Below are positions 59,956 to 64,000 of a stretch of 64,000 nucleotides of DNA, in pieces (the stretch's first letter is position 1; each line of letters opens with the position of its first letter). The DNA lies in the NCBI GenBank assembly GCA_963713825.1, contig CAVQNG010000003.1, positions 553,794 to 617,793 on the forward strand. Reading direction: 5' to 3'. Origin of the DNA: an uncultured Acidobacteriota bacterium. Its GTDB lineage: Bacteria > Acidobacteriota > Thermoanaerobaculia > Multivoradales > JAHEKO01. Under the pieces are notes generated by a model, which did no database searches, had not been told where the DNA came from, and saw only the letters and a program-made list of their open reading frames with translations. Position numbers and translations under genes: made by a program.

Positions 59956-62900
59956 ATGAGAACAAACAGATGGTTATGGCCGCTAGCGTTGGCATTTGCA
60001 CTACTGCTGAGCACAGCGGCAATCACAAATGCACAAGAGGAGACCGGGAACATTTACGTCCAGGTCACCGACACCGCAGGACAAACTCTGCCAGGCGCCA
60101 GTGTTGAAATGGTGGGTGGCGGAGCGCCCAGACTCGGGATCACCAGCGCGCAGGGTGAAACGCGTTTCCTCGGTCTGGCCCCAGGCAATTACAGCCTGAA
60201 GGCCACCCTGGACGGTTTCTCCACCGTTGAGTACCCGAACGTCAACGTCAGGGTCGGCCGTAACACCACGATCCAGGTGCAGCTCAGTGCTGCCATTGGT
60301 GAGGTGATCACGGTGACTTCTGAGAGCCCACTGTTGGATGAGCGCCGGCTCACCGCCGGTACCACGATCAGTCAGGTCGAGCTCGAGAGCATTCCGAGCG
60401 CGCGTGACCCGTGGGCCATCGTGCAGCAGGCTCCCGGAGTCATGACCGACCGCATCAACGTCGGTGGTAACGAGAGCGGCCAGCAGGCCGTCTTCCGTGG
60501 CCAGGCCAACAACGGCGACGAGAACGACTTTCTTGTCGACGGTGTCCAGATCACGGACATGTCCGCCATCGGCTCCTCACCGACCTACTACGACTTCGAC
60601 CAGTTCTCCGAGATTCAGCTGGCAACCGGTGGTCCCGATGTAAGCAAGGGCGCAGCCGGTGTCTCGGTCAATATGGTCACCAAGCGTGGTACCAACGAGT
60701 TCCGCGGCACGGCACGCTTTCTGCTGACGGATGCCGCTGGTTACTTCGGCGCGCTCGAAGCCGCGGATCCGGGTTACTCGGACAGCGACCTCGGACCGGG
60801 CCAGGACAACTACTCCGGTGACACGGTCGATCGGATTCAGGAATTCGGCTTCGAGGCCGGTGGTCCGGCGTGGCGGGATCGCGTCTGGCTGTGGGCTTCG
60901 TGGGGTCAGAACGACATCAATCGGATCGTCGGTAGTGGCCAGTCCGACCGCACGATCCTCGAGGGCACCGCGGTCAAGTTGAACGCCCAGTTCACCGCGG
61001 CCAACTCCTTCGTTGCCTCCTTCAACAACGGCGACAAGGTCAAGTTCGGCCGTGGTGCGTCGCCGGACAACGATCCGTCGTCGACCCGTAACCAGCGTGG
61101 TCCGACGGGGATCACCAAACTCGAGGACACGCACGTCTTCGGCTCGAACCTGTTCCTGACCGGTCAGTACTCCTTCGTCGATGGCGGTTTCTCGCTGACG
61201 GCGCTGGGCGGCTCAGGCCCAGACCTTCCCGCGATTCCGTTCCCTGGCGGCGAAAAGTACACCAACGGCGACGGTTTCGTGACCAACAACTCTACCGGCG
61301 GCAACAGCCGTCCGACCGAGGAGTTCAAGATCGACGGTTCCTACTTCTTCACCACCTCGAGCTTGAACCACGAGATCAAGTTTGGTGGTCGAACGCGCGA
61401 AGCCTCGACCGAGAGCGCCTGGTCGTATCCTGGCCGCAACATCTTCCACTACGACGGCACCTATGCCGGCGTGGCGGGCGACAGGGAACTCGGTGCCTCG
61501 CTCGGACTGCCTGTGGCCCGTGCGGACGACTACGCTGCGGTCTACGCCTACCGTCAGGGTCCCGTACCTGTCATCACGAACTACGATTCGTTGTGGGTGC
61601 AGGACACGATGACGATGGGCTCCTGGACCTTCAACGTCGGCTTCCGTTGGGACGATCAGTCGGGTGAGAACACGGCTGGCGTCGTGGATGCCAACCTCGG
61701 CTTCCCGAATGAAATGCCGGCCCTCGACTTCGCGGGCAACAACGCCGACGGCCTCAACTGGTCGAGTATCACTCCTCGCCTGGGTGTCACTTACGCCCTC
61801 GGTGAGGAGCGCAAGACACTCATCCGCGGTAGCTTCTCGCAGTTCCCGGATGTCATGTCGTTGACCAACATCAGCCGCGTGAACCCCTTGTCCGGACAGT
61901 TGGCGTACATCGTCTTCGTCGACGATCCGGCTGGTTTCCCGGGCTTTTACGATGACGGCGAACAGTACGCAGTGGCAGCCGGCTACTGGGGCTACAACCC
62001 GAACGACCCGGCGGCTCTGTCGTCCTCGAACAAGAACGATCCGGGCATGGATGCTCCGCTCACCAACGAGTTGATCCTTGGTGCCGAGCATGCCTTCCTG
62101 CCTGAGTTCGTGGTCAGCGGTACCCTCACCTGGCGTAAGGTCACGGATGTACAGGACTTCCAGCGGTTGTTCACGCCGCTCGGCAACGACAACGCGACAC
62201 CGCAGACGATTCCGGCCAGCGAGTACATCACGGACCCGACACCACTCGTGATCACGATCCCGGGTATTGGCGGCCCTGCTGCAACCGAGTCGTATACCAC
62301 CTACTCGGCGGATCCGTCGAAATGGAACTACACAGGTGGTCAGCTGTTCACCAACGGTGATCGTGAGATCGACTACCTCGGTGCAACCATCGGCTTCACG
62401 AAGCGACTGGCGAACCAGTGGATGATGCGTGGCTACGTCCAGTACAACTTCGACGAGTCCTGGAGCGTGCCGGGTAGCTACTTCAACAACAACGATCCCA
62501 ACCGAGTGCTGCCTGGTGTGGCGTCCGGTGCTGTCATCGATGGCTCGACCTACGTCATCCAGTCGACCGGTTCCGGCCGCGACGAGTCCTGGCTGCAATC
62601 GGAATGGGGTTGGAACTTGAACGGCATGTACCAGGTGGCGCCCGACAGGCCCTGGGGCTTCAACGTCGCCGCCAACATGACCGGCCGTCAGGGCTATCCG
62701 ATTCCGTACTACCGGAACAGAACCGGTCTGGACGGAATTTCACGGTCGATTCAGGCTGCACAGAACATCGACGACTATCGCATGGACGATCTGTTCTCGA
62801 TGGATATGCGGCTCGAGAAAGAGTTCAGGACGGCGGGCAACCTCGGCCTGACCTTCTCGATCGACGCCTTCAATATCTTCAACAACGGCGTCGTGCTGGA

Positions 62901-62997
62901 CCGCAACCGCAACACCACCTCCGGCAACGTGGGGTGGATCAGTACCTCGCTGGCACCGCGGGTCTTCCGACTCGGTGTCCGCTTGAACTGGCGGTAA
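59956..62997 (+). CDS. TonB-dependent receptor-like outer-membrane protein with an N-terminal carboxypeptidase-regulatory-like domain (Oar-like)
   Basis: A signal peptide is followed by a CarboxypepD_reg-like domain (GNIYVQVTDTAGQTLPGASVEM ... GNYSLKATLDGF), then a plug region (SIPSARDPWAIVQQAPGV) and a very long beta-barrel ending in the aromatic terminal motif RLGVRLNWR. The start is preceded by AAGGAGGA. Confidence 0.8.
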   Translation: MRTNRWLWPLALAFALLLSTAAITNAQEETGNIYVQVTDTAGQTLPGASVEMVGGGAPRLGITSAQGETRFLGLAPGNYSLKATLDGFSTVEYPNVNVRVGRNTTIQVQLSAAIGEVITVTSESPLLDERRLTAGTTISQVELESIPSARDPWAIVQQAPGVMTDRINVGGNESGQQAVFRGQANNGDENDFLVDGVQITDMSAIGSSPTYYDFDQFSEIQLATGGPDVSKGAAGVSVNMVTKRGTNEFRGTARFLLTDAAGYFGALEAADPGYSDSDLGPGQDNYSGDTVDRIQEFGFEAGGPAWRDRVWLWASWGQNDINRIVGSGQSDRTILEGTAVKLNAQFTAANSFVASFNNGDKVKFGRGASPDNDPSSTRNQRGPTGITKLEDTHVFGSNLFLTGQYSFVDGGFSLTALGGSGPDLPAIPFPGGEKYTNGDGFVTNNSTGGNSRPTEEFKIDGSYFFTTSSLNHEIKFGGRTREASTESAWSYPGRNIFHYDGTYAGVAGDRELGASLGLPVARADDYAAVYAYRQGPVPVITNYDSLWVQDTMTMGSWTFNVGFRWDDQSGENTAGVVDANLGFPNEMPALDFAGNNADGLNWSSITPRLGVTYALGEERKTLIRGSFSQFPDVMSLTNISRVNPLSGQLAYIVFVDDPAGFPGFYDDGEQYAVAAGYWGYNPNDPAALSSSNKNDPGMDAPLTNELILGAEHAFLPEFVVSGTLTWRKVTDVQDFQRLFTPLGNDNATPQTIPASEYITDPTPLVITIPGIGGPAATESYTTYSADPSKWNYTGGQLFTNGDREIDYLGATIGFTKRLANQWMMRGYVQYNFDESWSVPGSYFNNNDPNRVLPGVASGAVIDGSTYVIQSTGSGRDESWLQSEWGWNLNGMYQVAPDRPWGFNVAANMTGRQGYPIPYYRNRTGLDGISRSIQAAQNIDDYRMDDLFSMDMRLEKEFRTAGNLGLTFSIDAFNIFNNGVVLDRNRNTTSGNVGWISTSLAPRVFRLGVRLNWR

Positions 62998-63059
62998 GTC
63001 GTCCATTCAAACCAGGCCACACGCTTCACCGCCGGGGGGGCAACTCCCCGGCGCTTTTT

Positions 63060-63230
63060 GTTCCCGCCTAGCCGATGGCTAGGCAGTCAAGGGTTGAGGC
63101 GTCCGGTCGTTCCTTCCGGACGATCTATGAGGGCTTGGGGGTTGAACCGGCCGCACTCCGTGTCGGCCGGCCTTTGGGGCTTGGGGGAACAGCCGACAAA
63201 CAACCCTCGCGCCCCTACTGTCCTATGCCC
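63060..63230. repeat. GC-rich mosaic hairpin repeat locus
   Basis: gggttgaggcgtccgg-tcgttcct-tccggacgatctatgagggcttgggggttgaaccggccg-cactccgtg-tcggccgg ... ggggcttggggg. Confidence 0.75.
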
Positions 63231-63440
63231 TTACGCCCCCCTTGGTGCCAAAGGTTCGTCCGGGTGGTTCGGCAGGGGGGGCTCGACAAGCGCAGCGCAA
63301 GAGCCGTCGAAGTTCACGGCCCATCCGGCGCGCCGGAGAGCGCAGGTGGCGGCCAAACCCGTCAAAGCCTGAGTAGCCGACGCCGTCCCCCGGCGAACCA
63401 CCTGGGCGCGGACCCCCACTACCAGTTTCTCGATAGGATC
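63230..63440 (+). repeat. Structured element of about 200 nt, copy B
   Basis: ggtgccaaaggttcgtccgggtggttcggcagggggggctcgacaagcgcagcgcaagagcc ... gcaggtggcggccaaacccgtcaaagcctgagtagccgacgccgtcccccggcgaaccacctgggcgcggacc. The 5' block ggtggttcg is complementary to the 3' block cgaaccacc. Confidence 0.7.
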
Positions 63441-63506
63441 AAGTGGACCGATCAGCGTCCCAACAGACGCTTTCAGCTCACCAGCATCTGATCGAGGAGT
63501 CACCCC

Positions 63507-64000
63507 ATGTCCGACCCCCGTCACACCAAGCTGTCCGAGATCCTGGTCCACTACTCCTGCGAACTGAAGGAGGGAGACAAGGTCCTCATCGAGGCCGTCG
63601 ACATCCCGCACGCCTTCACCACCGAGCTCATCCGTGCCGCTAGCGAGGCCGGAGCCCAGCCCTTCGTGACGCTCAAGAACCAGTCGGTCTGGCGAGCGTT
63701 GCAGCTGGCTGGCAGCGAGCCGCAGATGCAGCTCATCGCCGAGATCGAAGCCAAACGCATGGCGGAAATGGATGCCTACATCGGTGTGCGGGGCACCGAC
63801 AATGTCTCCGAGTGGTCCGACATCCCGACTGACAAGATGGGTCTCTATGAGTCCAACGTCTGGAAGAAGGTCCACATCGACATCCGCGTACCCGACACCC
63901 GGTGGGTCGTGCTGCGTTGGCCCAGCCCTTCGATGGCGCAGCTGGCTCAGATGTCGACGGAGAGCTTCGAGAACTTCTACTTCGACGTCTGCAACATCGA
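63507..64000 (+). CDS. M29-family aminopeptidase (AmpS/PepS-like), partial; runs off the window end
   Basis: MSDPRHTKLSEILVHYSCELKEGDKVLIEAVDIPHAFTTELIRAASEAGAQPFV ... is the typical M29 N-terminus. This ORF is open to the window end and is not in the track. Confidence 0.65.
   Translation, partial: MSDPRHTKLSEILVHYSCELKEGDKVLIEAVDIPHAFTTELIRAASEAGAQPFVTLKNQSVWRALQLAGSEPQMQLIAEIEAKRMAEMDAYIGVRGTDNVSEWSDIPTDKMGLYESNVWKKVHIDIRVPDTRWVVLRWPSPSMAQLAQMSTESFENFYFDVCNI

Noticed and set aside
61213-62598. 461-aa minus-strand ORF
   Set aside because: Antisense to the TonB-dependent receptor barrel.

Overview
This is a 64-kb chromosomal segment, about 65% GC, from a Gram-negative bacterium. Gene content (a GWxTD-domain protein, an Oar-like TonB-dependent receptor with a carboxypeptidase-regulatory N-domain, a CHASE2 adenylate cyclase, radical SAM enzymes) is compatible with an Acidobacteriota or Gemmatimonadota-like lineage, but that is an inference only. 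Coding density is high. There is a conserved macromolecular-synthesis operon on the minus strand (rpsU, mutS2, dnaG, rpoD, tRNA-Asn), a second tRNA (CAU anticodon), and central-metabolism genes (pckG, hutI, a glutamine-synthetase family gene). There are many envelope and secreted proteins and several signalling proteins (PAS-GGDEF-EAL, a PAS sensor, a CHASE2 adenylate cyclase next to a cNMP-binding MscS channel, two ECF/sigma-70 genes). Five things deserve a second look. (1) A dense family of GC-rich mosaic hairpin repeats (REP/BIME-like) fills at least nine intergenic sites. (2) A separate structured element of about 200 nt occurs in three copies, with conserved blocks, a partly complementary terminal pair and a hairpin-insertion polymorphism; it is either a MITE-like element or a small-RNA family. 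(3) A 1337-aa secreted EEP-family nuclease carries three tandem copies of an unrecognised 214-aa domain, two of which are identical over about 595 bp of DNA. (4) An AmmeMemoRadiSam-type radical SAM enzyme sits alone, without AMMECR1 or MEMO1 partners. (5) A toxin-antitoxin-like pair (AbiEii nucleotidyltransferase plus a small upstream partner) is wedged between yggS and hutI. I found no CRISPR array, transposase or integrase. Several long ORFs in the supplied track are antisense artefacts of real genes. One real gene at the left edge, a PAS sensor on the minus strand, is missing from the track because it runs off the window.
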